Virus record (IMG/VR): IMGVR_UViG_3300008120_000124
Strand: one strand, 5' to 3'
DNA from: an uncultured virus (IMG/VR IMGVR_UViG_3300008120_000124)
Taxonomy: Duplodnaviria; Heunggongvirae; Uroviricota; Caudoviricetes
DNA length: 37,203 nt
In this document: in pieces, positions 27,544 to 35,391 of the stretch
How positions within the stretch are numbered: position 1 is the first letter of the stretch
Layout of the letters: every line of letters starts with the position of its first letter
The notes under the pieces: generated by a model
What the model saw: the letters and a program-made list of their open reading frames with translations, nothing else
Database searches by the model: none
What the model was told of the DNA's origin: nothing
Program-made: the position numbers and the translations under genes

Positions 27544-28684
27544 CTTCGTCTGGATCCAGTACATCAACAGTAATGTACTCACCACCGCTGCTCTCACAAA
27601 GAGATTTAAGGTCATAGTTTGCTAGACCTAAGCAGTAGCAGTGAATAGTCACTGGCATTTTTCTTGGGGACACGTAATCTTGACCATCGTTGATTATTAA
27701 AACGTTAGTCTCTGGAGATAGGGTAATGCCATCAACCACGCCTGATTTTATGGAGGAACTTAACTCACTTAGAATTGAATCCAAATCAGTAGTACCACCA
27801 CAACCAGTTCTAAAGGCATCTTTAAAGAACTCGACTGACTTAGAGTCGTGCACTTCAAATAAAGTATCCCGAGTCTCCTCGAACGGTGCAACCAACAAAC
27901 GTACGTTTCCTTTAAGGACTTCGTCGAACATTGCATTCAAAATGCTAAGCACTTTTTCAACAACATAAGCGACTGACATTGAGCCTGAGTCGTCTATAAG
28001 GACGATTAGGTCTCTCTTGCATTTACTTATTTTCATCGGAAGCTTTACTCTAAGCGTCTTGTCGATCAAATTTAAGAAAAATAGATCGTCCTCTAACGCA
28101 AAGTCTTCGTCAGTTATATAGTCAATGTCTTTATCTTTTTTATACTTTCGCTTTTTATACTTTACTTTAGGCTTGCCTTCTATAAGATCACTATTTACAG
28201 AACCCTTAATAAAATCAAGGAACTTAAAGTTATCCACGATTTTGGGGATATCTGAAAAATAGCTTTTAGGTCTACCTACATTAGCTCTGTTGCCTTCAAA
28301 GAATCTGCCAAGAGGAGCTCCACCGGATTTTCCACCCGGATTGTCTTCGCCCTCTTGCTTATCAAATCCATCTATTTCTTCAGAGACTTTATTAGATTTC
28401 ATTTTTACTTTATGCTGATTAGCGGTATTAGAAGCAATATATTTAAGAGCAAATTTCGCTTTCTTATCAAAAGTCATGCCATTGTTTTTAAGCATTGGCA
28501 GTAAGTCAGCGAGAATTTCTTTGCTTTTTTTGTTCCCTTCAAACTTGGTTATAGCTTTTTTGGGATTCTCGAAAACTAAATGGCTCATTACGTCCAAAAA
28601 GTTATCGAATTCTTCCTTTTGAAAATGGTCTATATTGTACTTATTATATAAATCAGCAGCATTTCCACTAAAGGATGGGTGCAT
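27530..28684 (-). CDS. von Willebrand factor A (VWA) domain protein
   Basis: MIDAS motif IDDSGSMS, plus GGTTD and IINDG. It lies next to the MoxR ATPase. Confidence 0.88.
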   Translation of the reverse strand: MHPSFSGNAADLYNKYNIDHFQKEEFDNFLDVMSHLVFENPKKAITKFEGNKKSKEILADLLPMLKNNGMTFDKKAKFALKYIASNTANQHKVKMKSNKVSEEIDGFDKQEGEDNPGGKSGGAPLGRFFEGNRANVGRPKSYFSDIPKIVDNFKFLDFIKGSVNSDLIEGKPKVKYKKRKYKKDKDIDYITDEDFALEDDLFFLNLIDKTLRVKLPMKISKCKRDLIVLIDDSGSMSVAYVVEKVLSILNAMFDEVLKGNVRLLVAPFEETRDTLFEVHDSKSVEFFKDAFRTGCGGTTDLDSILSELSSSIKSGVVDGITLSPETNVLIINDGQDYVSPRKMPVTIHCYCLGLANYDLKSLCESSGGEYITVDVLDPDEDDDY

Positions 28685-29705
28685 TTGGGAGAGTTGTTAA
28701 CTTTTGGGTGAGTCTTTGGGAGATCTGGGATAATCTTTCGCTTGCCAACTCGAGTTGATTTGTGTACTCGCCGGTAAACGGAACGTCTCTGATAGTGGTT
28801 AGCAGCACGTTTGCGGTATTGAATTTCTGGATGGCCTGCATGCAATCGCTTTGCGTTCTCATTGTGCGCTCCATACTCTCTGCTTCAGACAGATTTGTGA
28901 GTATCTTTTGCAGAGTTTCCAGATACGGCATCATTTTCTCCATCTCGACGAATTTAGCGTGGAGATCTGAAGAGATACCGTTGAAGTTCTTCAGATATGC
29001 TGAGTTTCCAAGCTCTTTATAGGCTTGGTAAAATCGTACAGCGCTACGAGGTGACATAAAGCCAGTAGAATTCACGAAAGCAGCAAATGTAGATACCAGC
29101 TTTGCTTGAGCATCAGCTATGCCCATAGAAGCAAACATTCTATCGAATGACTCTGCTTCGTAGTTATTCCATTCGGACTTAACTACGTTGTGAAAGCGGT
29201 CTATAAAAGCTTTTTGTGAATCTGTCTTTGCCCACACGTGTGGGTCTACATTGGTGCAGATAAACAAGCTTTCCATTCTGGATGGTACACACGTAAATCC
29301 GTTACAGTATTGTTTACGCGTAAGGGGATCGCGCATACCGGGAGGAAAATCTTCTGGAAGGTCAAGGCCCTCCTCGAGAACGACTATTTTGAAATTATAC
29401 ATGATATTATTTGTTATGTAGGTCTTTATGCCTGTCTCTCTGTACGCCTTAGCGTCTGCGTAACCAATAAAATGGTCACTAGAAGACTCTGATGAACAGG
29501 CGTGAAGGAAAACTTCTGTATGATAGAATTCCTCACCTTTGAGTATTTTTATTGCCTCTTCTATTAGACCTGATTTAGCGTGACCGCCAAGACCGTATAG
29601 AATACAGTTCTTGTGGTTAACCAAAGACACAGAAACAGCTTCAACTGTCTCCGGTACATTTGGGTAACGCTCTATAAGAGCACTGATTAGTTCGTCTACT
29701 GACAT
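28668..29705 (-). CDS. MoxR/RavA-like AAA+ ATPase
   Basis: ILYGLGGHAKS (Walker A variant), VVLEE (Walker B variant), CTN, AFIDRF and SPRS motifs. Confidence 0.85.
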   Translation of the reverse strand: MSVDELISALIERYPNVPETVEAVSVSLVNHKNCILYGLGGHAKSGLIEEAIKILKGEEFYHTEVFLHACSSESSSDHFIGYADAKAYRETGIKTYITNNIMYNFKIVVLEEGLDLPEDFPPGMRDPLTRKQYCNGFTCVPSRMESLFICTNVDPHVWAKTDSQKAFIDRFHNVVKSEWNNYEAESFDRMFASMGIADAQAKLVSTFAAFVNSTGFMSPRSAVRFYQAYKELGNSAYLKNFNGISSDLHAKFVEMEKMMPYLETLQKILTNLSEAESMERTMRTQSDCMQAIQKFNTANVLLTTIRDVPFTGEYTNQLELASERLSQISQRLTQKLTTLPNAPIL

Positions 29706-29745
29706 TTTTTGATTTTATAAGGGGGGAATAAATCCCCCCGTGAAC

Positions 29746-30192
29746 TCAATATTGATCCAAGTTGTGCTTCTCTATAATAGAGATGAGGGTTTGAGCATAA
29801 TGAGGCGCTGTAGCATAACGGCAACGCTTCAACCCATAAGCCCATTTTTTGTAATCGTTTCCGTGCTTCTTTAGAGACCCGTATCTTTTGCCAGATAGAA
29901 GTTCAGCGTAAGCAGTAAACGCAGCTTGGGCGGTTTGATACCGGTAGAATCTGTCGTTTTTGTGATCATCTGGATGTTGTATGCAGTGACCTTTCTGACA
30001 TCTTTTTCCAAAACATTTCATCGCAAAATAGTTGTGGAATTGCGACAGTTTGTTTGTTCCGGATCCAGATTCCAAAAGCGCTTGCCCTACAGAAATAGCT
30101 ATGGGAATACCATAATCTTCTTGAATTTTCTTTGCAAAAGGCAGAGCGTATTTGATGAATGCAGCCGGTCTTGCTTGTTTTGGGAGTAACAA
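29746..30192 (-). CDS. GH73 (FlgJ-like) glucosaminidase/muramidase domain
   Basis: GQALLESG, NYFAMKC and YATAPHYA motifs. There is no N-terminal ATG, and the frame is open upstream into the previous ORF. Confidence 0.88.
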   Translation of the reverse strand: MLLPKQARPAAFIKYALPFAKKIQEDYGIPIAISVGQALLESGSGTNKLSQFHNYFAMKCFGKRCQKGHCIQHPDDHKNDRFYRYQTAQAAFTAYAELLSGKRYGSLKKHGNDYKKWAYGLKRCRYATAPHYAQTLISIIEKHNLDQY

Positions 30193-30233
30193 AAAATTCG
30201 GCTTACCGGCAGAAAAGACCTCTATTGTTCTTT

Positions 30234-30545
30234 TTATAACCTTACTTTTTCGGCAGGTTTGAGCTTTCTGCTGACAGATGCTTCTGCCCTTGGAATTGTT
30301 TTGGGCTCCACAACTTCTTCCTGAACAGGGATTACAGATTCCACAAGTGGAGGAACTGTTTTTTCCAGAGAATCCAGTGCTTCAGCTGGAATTTCGGTGT
30401 TCTCTTTTGATTTGGGTTCTGTCCGCATAATGAGGACTGCCAGAGTTATAACCATGCAAAATGCTATGGCGCTGCTGGCTGATGTTTTAGGTTCTTTCGT
30501 AACCGTTTTTTGCACCACAGGGGGTTGCCATTTTTGTATTGACAT
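30234..30545 (-). CDS. Membrane anchor plus Pro/Glu-rich linker, probably the N-terminal part of the GH73 enzyme
   Basis: One TM helix followed by a low-complexity linker. The GH73 ORF is in its -1 frame. Confidence 0.6.
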   Translation of the reverse strand: MSIQKWQPPVVQKTVTKEPKTSASSAIAFCMVITLAVLIMRTEPKSKENTEIPAEALDSLEKTVPPLVESVIPVQEEVVEPKTIPRAEASVSRKLKPAEKVRL

Positions 30546-30646
30546 ACGGCGAGTTTTTTATTGGTGAAATTAAAAAGCCCACTACTACTAAAACCCAATA
30601 CAGGAACGGTACTGTATTGTAGGGGAGAAATAGTGTGGGCAACAAC

Positions 30647-30952
30647 CTAATTTTCATCGGGCTGTTTACCGTTCTTGGACCATGTGTTTTGCGCTCTTTC
30701 GCGCATTTTCTTGAGTTCTTGATACTCGTCAAAGAGAATTTTGAACTGTTCATAGGCGTTCGGGTAGTCGCGTTCGGGGAGCTCAAGTAGTGAAAGAACT
30801 TTGTCTCTTACCCGTTGCATTGCATCGGTAAACGTCGGTTCCGGAAGAGCTTTGCTTTTCTTTGATAGCATTGCTGATATGAGTATCGCAATTACTACCG
30901 CGCCGATAGAAAGAATCATGAATTCTTCCTCAGTGAGATTTATTTCTTGCAT
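30647..30952 (-). CDS. Small membrane-anchored protein
   Basis: ATG ORF with an N-terminal TM helix. Confidence 0.7.
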   Translation of the reverse strand: MQEINLTEEEFMILSIGAVVIAILISAMLSKKSKALPEPTFTDAMQRVRDKVLSLLELPERDYPNAYEQFKILFDEYQELKKMRERAQNTWSKNGKQPDEN

Positions 30953-31101
30953 CTTCTTAGAATTTTGTTAAAGACGTGAGAAAATACGTGCTGGTAGTTA
31001 CTGTAAAGTACAATTACAAACCAAGCAATTCCAACTGCAGTCACTATAGCATCTGCGTAGATAGCAAAGTACTGCTCTTTAGTTATGGAAATTTTATCCA
31101 T
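30940..31101 (-). CDS. Small membrane protein (53 aa, below the ORF-track cutoff)
   Basis: MDKISITKEQYFAIYADAIVTAVGIAWFVIVLY... It shares the leader TTAACAAAATTCTAAG with the next gene. Confidence 0.55.
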   Translation of the reverse strand: MDKISITKEQYFAIYADAIVTAVGIAWFVIVLYSNYQHVFSHVFNKILRRCKK

Positions 31102-31136
31102 TGGCTTAGAATTTTGTTAAAAAAGTTGACAAAAAA

Positions 31137-31168
31137 CTTGCTTTTTGTATTTTAATTTTGTATCTTTG
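31137..31168 (+). promoter_or_regulatory. Bacteroidota sigma-A-type promoter (-33/-7)
   Basis: CTTG (31137-31140), a 20-nt spacer, then TATCTTTG (31161-31168). This matches the (T)TTG-N19-21-TAnnTTTG consensus. Confidence 0.75.
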
Positions 31169-31171
31169 CGC

Positions 31172-31545
31172 CTGTATTACTAGGACGTTGGAAATCCTAG
31201 TTCACCCCTACATCACCCTTCGGTAAGGTCAAGAGGGGGGTTAGAAGTCGGATTACCTCTGAATTGAGGGTTTTCTCCGATAGATACGAAACTAAACTAC
31301 ATACAGCCTACAGTGAGTTACAATTAGCTTGGGTATGACCCATGAAGCCAACCAGGTACGTGTCGTAAGGAAACTTACTAATCGTGGCGTTGTTGCTCTA
31401 ACGATAAAGAGTATTACGATTGTAACGAGGTTTTCGTTGCACTGCTGTAGATGTACCCCGGACAAGGAGGATCAAGTTGTAGTTGTGAAAGAAGATAAGG
31501 CTTACCCTTAAGAGTCCCTGAAAGTGGGACAGGGGATACCTATAT
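31172..31545 (+). ncRNA. Candidate large (~370 nt) structured non-coding RNA, antisense to all flanking genes
   Basis: It starts right after the promoter and has no credible ORF. Helices: ACTAGGA/TCCTAGT, CCCCT/AGGGG, TCGGA/TCCGA with CCTC/GAGG, AACTACA(31295)/TGTAGTT(31478), TACAGC/GCTGTA, GTTACAATT/GATTGTAAC, GTAAG-GAAA-CTTAC and GTCCC/GGGAC. Confidence 0.65.
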
Positions 31546-31731
31546 CTAGAGGGGAAGTTTGTTAAAGATGAAGGATGTAATTGGAGCCGAAATAAATTTG
31601 ACAACTAAAACCAACATAATAACAAAGAAAACATCATTGTCTCTCATAGAAGAATGCCAAATGAAATGTGCAAGCATTCCAATTGGAATCATTCCTATTA
31701 TAACGGCAATTAAAAATTTGAGTTTTTTCAT
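31546..31731 (-). CDS. Small two-TM membrane protein
   Basis: 61-aa hydrophobic ORF. Confidence 0.6.
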   Translation of the reverse strand: MKKLKFLIAVIIGMIPIGMLAHFIWHSSMRDNDVFFVIMLVLVVKFISAPITSFIFNKLPL

Positions 31732-31923
31732 GCCACAATGAGTTTTTCTGTTTGAAACAATTCTGCGAAAGGGTTAAAGAACCCGCAAAGAAATCCGAGT
31801 GCGATTGCAATAATCATTGTTTTCTTTTTTTAATGTGTGAAACAAATTTGTGGATGCCAACTGCAATTATGATTGCGGTAATAAGAATCCACAGGTGAAA
31901 AAGAAATGTTGTAAACTCGCTTT

Positions 31924-32124
31924 TCATCGGTCAAACTTTTTAGAAAGATAATCTAATAAAGCGAGGACTATTTTGTGTGATGTAAAACCTGCAAAGAGAA
32001 GACAAATACCAAAAACGCAAAAGTTTCTGCTTTGAAGAATGTACATACACAAAAGAGTTATACTTCCAGTTAGAAATGCCCAGAAGCAAATTACTCCTAA
32101 GGAAGCTATGCAATATTTATTCAT
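31924..32124 (-). CDS. Small two-TM membrane protein
   Basis: 66-aa hydrophobic ORF with ATGA coupling. Confidence 0.6.
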   Translation of the reverse strand: MNKYCIASLGVICFWAFLTGSITLLCMYILQSRNFCVFGICLLFAGFTSHKIVLALLDYLSKKFDR

Positions 32125-32399
32125 ACGTATTTACTGTAGTCAAAGTTAGGGTCAATAAAATTTTTGTAGATCATAAGCCCAATGCGTTTTACGATTCTTA
32201 TAGCTAGCATTACTTTAATGACAACTAGTAAGTCGTAAAGAAGTGGGTAAGTTGTTGTGCGAAATTGAAAACCATATTCTTCAAATAGAAATTCAAAGAA
32301 ACTTCCTTCAATTATGCACATTGTGCCGTAAAATAAGGCGGCCAACAAAAGTCCCAAAATCATTACAATTTTGAGAATGAAATCAGCAAATTTTTCCAT
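32121..32399 (-). CDS. Small two-TM membrane protein
   Basis: 92-aa hydrophobic ORF. Confidence 0.65.
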   Translation of the reverse strand: MEKFADFILKIVMILGLLLAALFYGTMCIIEGSFFEFLFEEYGFQFRTTTYPLLYDLLVVIKVMLAIRIVKRIGLMIYKNFIDPNFDYSKYV

Positions 32400-32556
32400 C
32401 GTTCCTTAAAAATGTACCCAATCCGAAAAGGAAAAGGTAGGTGAACAATTGTTCTGCTGTAAAGTTGTCAAAAGCATGCTTAATAGCAGCACCGACAATT
32501 GCAGCGGTAAAAAGATGAAAGGTGTTAAACCTCTTCACATAAAGGAGTTTCAGCAT

Positions 32557-32904
32557 TCAGAAAATTTTATTTTGTTTACAAAACTCTACTGCTTCCTGTA
32601 AAGAGGCAGCGTAGAAAGATTTCGGTGAGTTTGAATTACTTGGCCGTATAGTGTCTCCAACTACAGTATAAAAGTTTGGCGCATTGTGTTCAGAAATTGA
32701 CATATATTTTTGATATATCATTTCCGGCGTTTGCAAAACTTTATATTCTCTAGCAAATTGACGTATTATAAAAAGCGTTGAAGATGCATCAGAATCGTTT
32801 AAAAACGAGACGAGTGAGTATAGTACGCCAATGCTAAAATAAAAGCTCTGAGAGGCCTTTAAATCAGCGACAAGTACATTCTTTTGGAAGTTCATGTTGT
32901 TCAA
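32557..32904 (-). CDS. Hypothetical protein
   Basis: 115-aa ORF with a TGA stop. Confidence 0.6.
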   Translation of the reverse strand: MNNMNFQKNVLVADLKASQSFYFSIGVLYSLVSFLNDSDASSTLFIIRQFAREYKVLQTPEMIYQKYMSISEHNAPNFYTVVGDTIRPSNSNSPKSFYAASLQEAVEFCKQNKIF

Positions 32905-32964
32905 AAGATTAAGGGAGACAACATTACATCATCCCCCTTATGAAAACAATTCAAACTGGTTTTT

Positions 32965-33570
32965 TTATCTTTCCCATATAGGGCTGAAGATATTCCAAAG
33001 AAGCACCGCGTTTTCGGATGTACCCATTGCATAAACAGATCTTCCAATGCAGTCTATTGCTTGTAGAGAAAACTCTCCGTAGCGATAAACTAAACGCACT
33101 GTAGTTTCGGGATGTGATTGATGGGAGTCATCCCAATAACATTCTCCCCATTCAAATTGATAGAAAATGGAGGCAGAACGCGGGTGTTCAATACGTATCA
33201 CAATATTCGGATCGGTGTAGACTGCAGATATTCCAATGGAATCTGAGTCTTCTTCTTTACTGTGCATTACAAAAACCCCATTTTTTAAGTCTAGGGAAAA
33301 GTTTGCAGGCCAGTGTACCCAATCAACATCTTGGATTGTCAGGGAGTCTGTAATAAATTGGCCGATTTGGCGTAAATCGCCGTAGGCTTGTGCTGTATAA
33401 GAATGAGCGATAACAGTATCACCCATTTTTTCAGCGGTGTGGATAGTGTATTCTTCTCCCAAAGAATTCTGGGAATAAGAAGATACACCGATTTGGATTG
33501 TTGACTTATCGGACTGTGCCGAGACCAGAAGGGGGAAAAATCCCATCAAGATAAAGAAAAACAGTTTCAT
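32965..33570 (-). CDS. Secreted/periplasmic hypothetical protein
   Basis: Probable start MKLFFFILMGFFPLLVSAQ, a Bacteroidota-style signal peptide ending in SA-Q. Confidence 0.7.
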   Translation of the reverse strand: MKLFFFILMGFFPLLVSAQSDKSTIQIGVSSYSQNSLGEEYTIHTAEKMGDTVIAHSYTAQAYGDLRQIGQFITDSLTIQDVDWVHWPANFSLDLKNGVFVMHSKEEDSDSIGISAVYTDPNIVIRIEHPRSASIFYQFEWGECYWDDSHQSHPETTVRLVYRYGEFSLQAIDCIGRSVYAMGTSENAVLLWNIFSPIWER

Positions 33571-33775
33571 TTTTTGCCTGTTTATAAATGATTGAATCTT
33601 TCTTACAAAGATATATGTATTCACTATCGAATACATAATAATCAGTGTCAGAAATTATTGTGTCAGGGATTAAAGTTGTATTAGTTTTTCTTGGGATAGA
33701 GTTTATTATAAGAGCGATGCCCGCTATACCAATTGCGAACATCATCAAAGCCGTGAATTTATCTATTGCTTTCAT
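33506..33775 (-). CDS. Small membrane-anchored protein
   Basis: The ATG directly follows the tRNA-like element, and there is an N-terminal TM helix. Confidence 0.6.
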   Translation of the reverse strand: MKAIDKFTALMMFAIGIAGIALIINSIPRKTNTTLIPDTIISDTDYYVFDSEYIYLCKKDSIIYKQAKNETVFLYLDGIFPPSGLGTVR

Positions 33776-33776
33776 G

Positions 33777-33860
33777 CCCCGGTAATGGGAGTCGAACCCA
33801 CAATTTGTTTTGTAAAGCGTGCGAACACTGAGTTACATTACAAACCACCTGTGTACCGGG
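33777..33860 (-). ncRNA. tRNA-like element with intact acceptor stem and T-arm but non-canonical D/anticodon region
   Basis: 7-bp acceptor CCCGGTA/TACCGGG and T-arm GTGGG-TTCGACT-CCCAT. The central long stem (TTTGT/ACAAA plus TGTAA/TTACA) encloses CTCA-GTG-TTCG-CAC-GCT. There is no encoded CCA. Confidence 0.6.
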
Positions 33861-34117
33861 AAAATGCCCCCACAATCTTACGACTACAAGGGCAAACTAA
33901 AACCTTACATCAGCATCCGCTGTTTTTCAACAGTGGTATGACAATAAAACAGCTTCAATGAAAATACTCCCCTATCTTACGACAGAAGAGTAGTATCTAA
34001 ACCTTTCGTTATGCTAGATCCTGATGTGCCCTCTCTTTAGAAGACATTACCAGAATTTCTTAATTCAAAAGAAGCTCCCCCACTTTACTTTTAAAGCGAA
34101 GGAGCAGCCAACCATCG

Positions 34118-34273
34118 TCAGTCTTTTGTAATTCCTCGTGCCTTCCAATAGTCAGTTTGAGGGTTAGTGCAGCTCATTTTAGGAGCACAGGAGCAGAGGA
34201 ATACAGTGACGACAACCGCCAGAGCGAGCAGAAAAAGTTTGATCGCACGGTTGAGTTCATTACTCATTTTCAT
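34118..34273 (-). CDS. Small lipoprotein (51 aa, below the ORF-track cutoff)
   Basis: MKMSNELNRAIKLFLLALAVVVTVFLCSCAPK... (lipobox LCSC). Its TGA stop is followed by a hairpin and U-tract. Confidence 0.65.
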   Translation of the reverse strand: MKMSNELNRAIKLFLLALAVVVTVFLCSCAPKMSCTNPQTDYWKARGITKD

Positions 34274-34324
34274 AAAAAGAGATTTAAATAGTGAAACAAT
34301 TTCTTAAATCAAGAGGAACCCCAC

Positions 34325-34603
34325 TCACTTTTGAATGGGGCCCTCAAGACTCTCATGAAAAGTTTTCTTTTTATATTTTCTACGAGGAGTAGCAAGCTTG
34401 TTCTCGTAGCGTTCTTTTACATCTTCAAAGGTATCTTCTGGAGTGATGTGTAGATTTTTTATTATAGGCACTTTTTTTAAGTATATTATAAGATCCTTTC
34501 TTTTAGCGTAATTGGTTAAAAACCTTAACTGATCCATAAGAGGTATCTCTTTAGAACAGTCAGCATTTTGAGAAAGGTATTCTTTATCGTAATGAATCGC
34601 CAT
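34325..34603 (-). CDS. Hypothetical basic protein
   Basis: 92-aa ATG ORF with a TGA stop. Confidence 0.65.
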   Translation of the reverse strand: MAIHYDKEYLSQNADCSKEIPLMDQLRFLTNYAKRKDLIIYLKKVPIIKNLHITPEDTFEDVKERYENKLATPRRKYKKKTFHESLEGPIQK

Positions 34604-34729
34604 GTTTTTAAGTTAAGCGAGTTTACGTTGTTACGTCCTCACTGCTTTACGAGGGCTTTGAACCTCTTAACTTAAAAAAAGAACCCTCCCTCTTTTGGGA
34701 AGATCCTTCGTTCTCACTATTAAACCTTT

Positions 34730-34981
34730 TTATTCCACAACTTCGAGGATTACGAAAGTCGAGTTTTTTCCTTTGATTGTGTCAGGTGCAGGATTTGTTT
34801 CGTCGATTAAACGACGATCAATCCAGCAGATCTTATGTTGACCTGCTTTTTCACCTGAGATACAAATTGATTTCGCTTCTACCATGTTGTCCTCGCAAGA
34901 AGCAAGAGAGCAGATGGTGAAGAAAGCGATGATTATAAGCACGATGTTTTGTGCTGCAAAGAGGAGAAAGAATTTTCTCAT
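34730..34981 (-). CDS. Small lipoprotein
   Basis: Hydrophobic signal with lipobox LASC. Confidence 0.65.
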   Translation of the reverse strand: MRKFFLLFAAQNIVLIIIAFFTICSLASCEDNMVEAKSICISGEKAGQHKICWIDRRLIDETNPAPDTIKGKNSTFVILEVVE

Positions 34982-34999
34982 GTTGTTAGGTTTATATTT

Positions 35000-35248
35000 T
35001 TAGATGTGAAGAATTTCGTTTTTATAAGGTTTAAGCCTTTTTAGAATACGGCCGTTGTTGAATATGACATTGCTTGGGATTTCTCCGTAACAGTCATACA
35101 CAGTGGCGTAATACCCTAAATGTAAGGCTTGTACTACTACTGAACAAGCAGCACCAATATACTTATACGTTTTAAAGTAGCTTCCACCTTTAGGGTCGCT
35201 TATAAACGCAGTATACTGTGCCACCATTTGTTTTCTCTTTCTTTTCAT
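35000..35248 (-). CDS. Hypothetical protein
   Basis: 82-aa ATG ORF. Confidence 0.6.
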   Translation of the reverse strand: MKRKRKQMVAQYTAFISDPKGGSYFKTYKYIGAACSVVVQALHLGYYATVYDCYGEIPSNVIFNNGRILKRLKPYKNEILHI

Positions 35249-35391
35249 GAGATAGAGATATTTTGTAAGGGTTAAAATAAGGGCAACATTTCTGCCGCCC
35301 TTACAATCTAAATCAACCCTTCAATTAGAAATTTGTGTTTTTCTTTTGATACAGTCCACTTAAGGAGTACTACATACGTACAGTCGCTACG

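Noticed and set aside
31329..31604. ORFs 31329..31511 (+) and 31398..31604 (-)
   Set aside because: They are short, have weak starts and unremarkable translations, and overlap a densely base-paired region better explained as structured RNA.
32386..32559. TGA 32557 followed in frame by ATG and a ~56-codon hydrophobic ORF (possible fusion)
   Set aside because: It is equally explained as a stop followed by an independent small gene with its own ATG.
33777..33860. Canonical opal suppressor tRNA-Trp(UCA)
   Set aside because: It has no D-stem and no 7-nt anticodon loop with U33-UCA. It is kept only as a tRNA-like element. No canonical tRNA or release factor gene was seen in the window.
33861..34115. 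CRISPR-like mini-array
   Set aside because: The shared sequence is only about 9 nt, spacing is irregular, and no cas genes are present.
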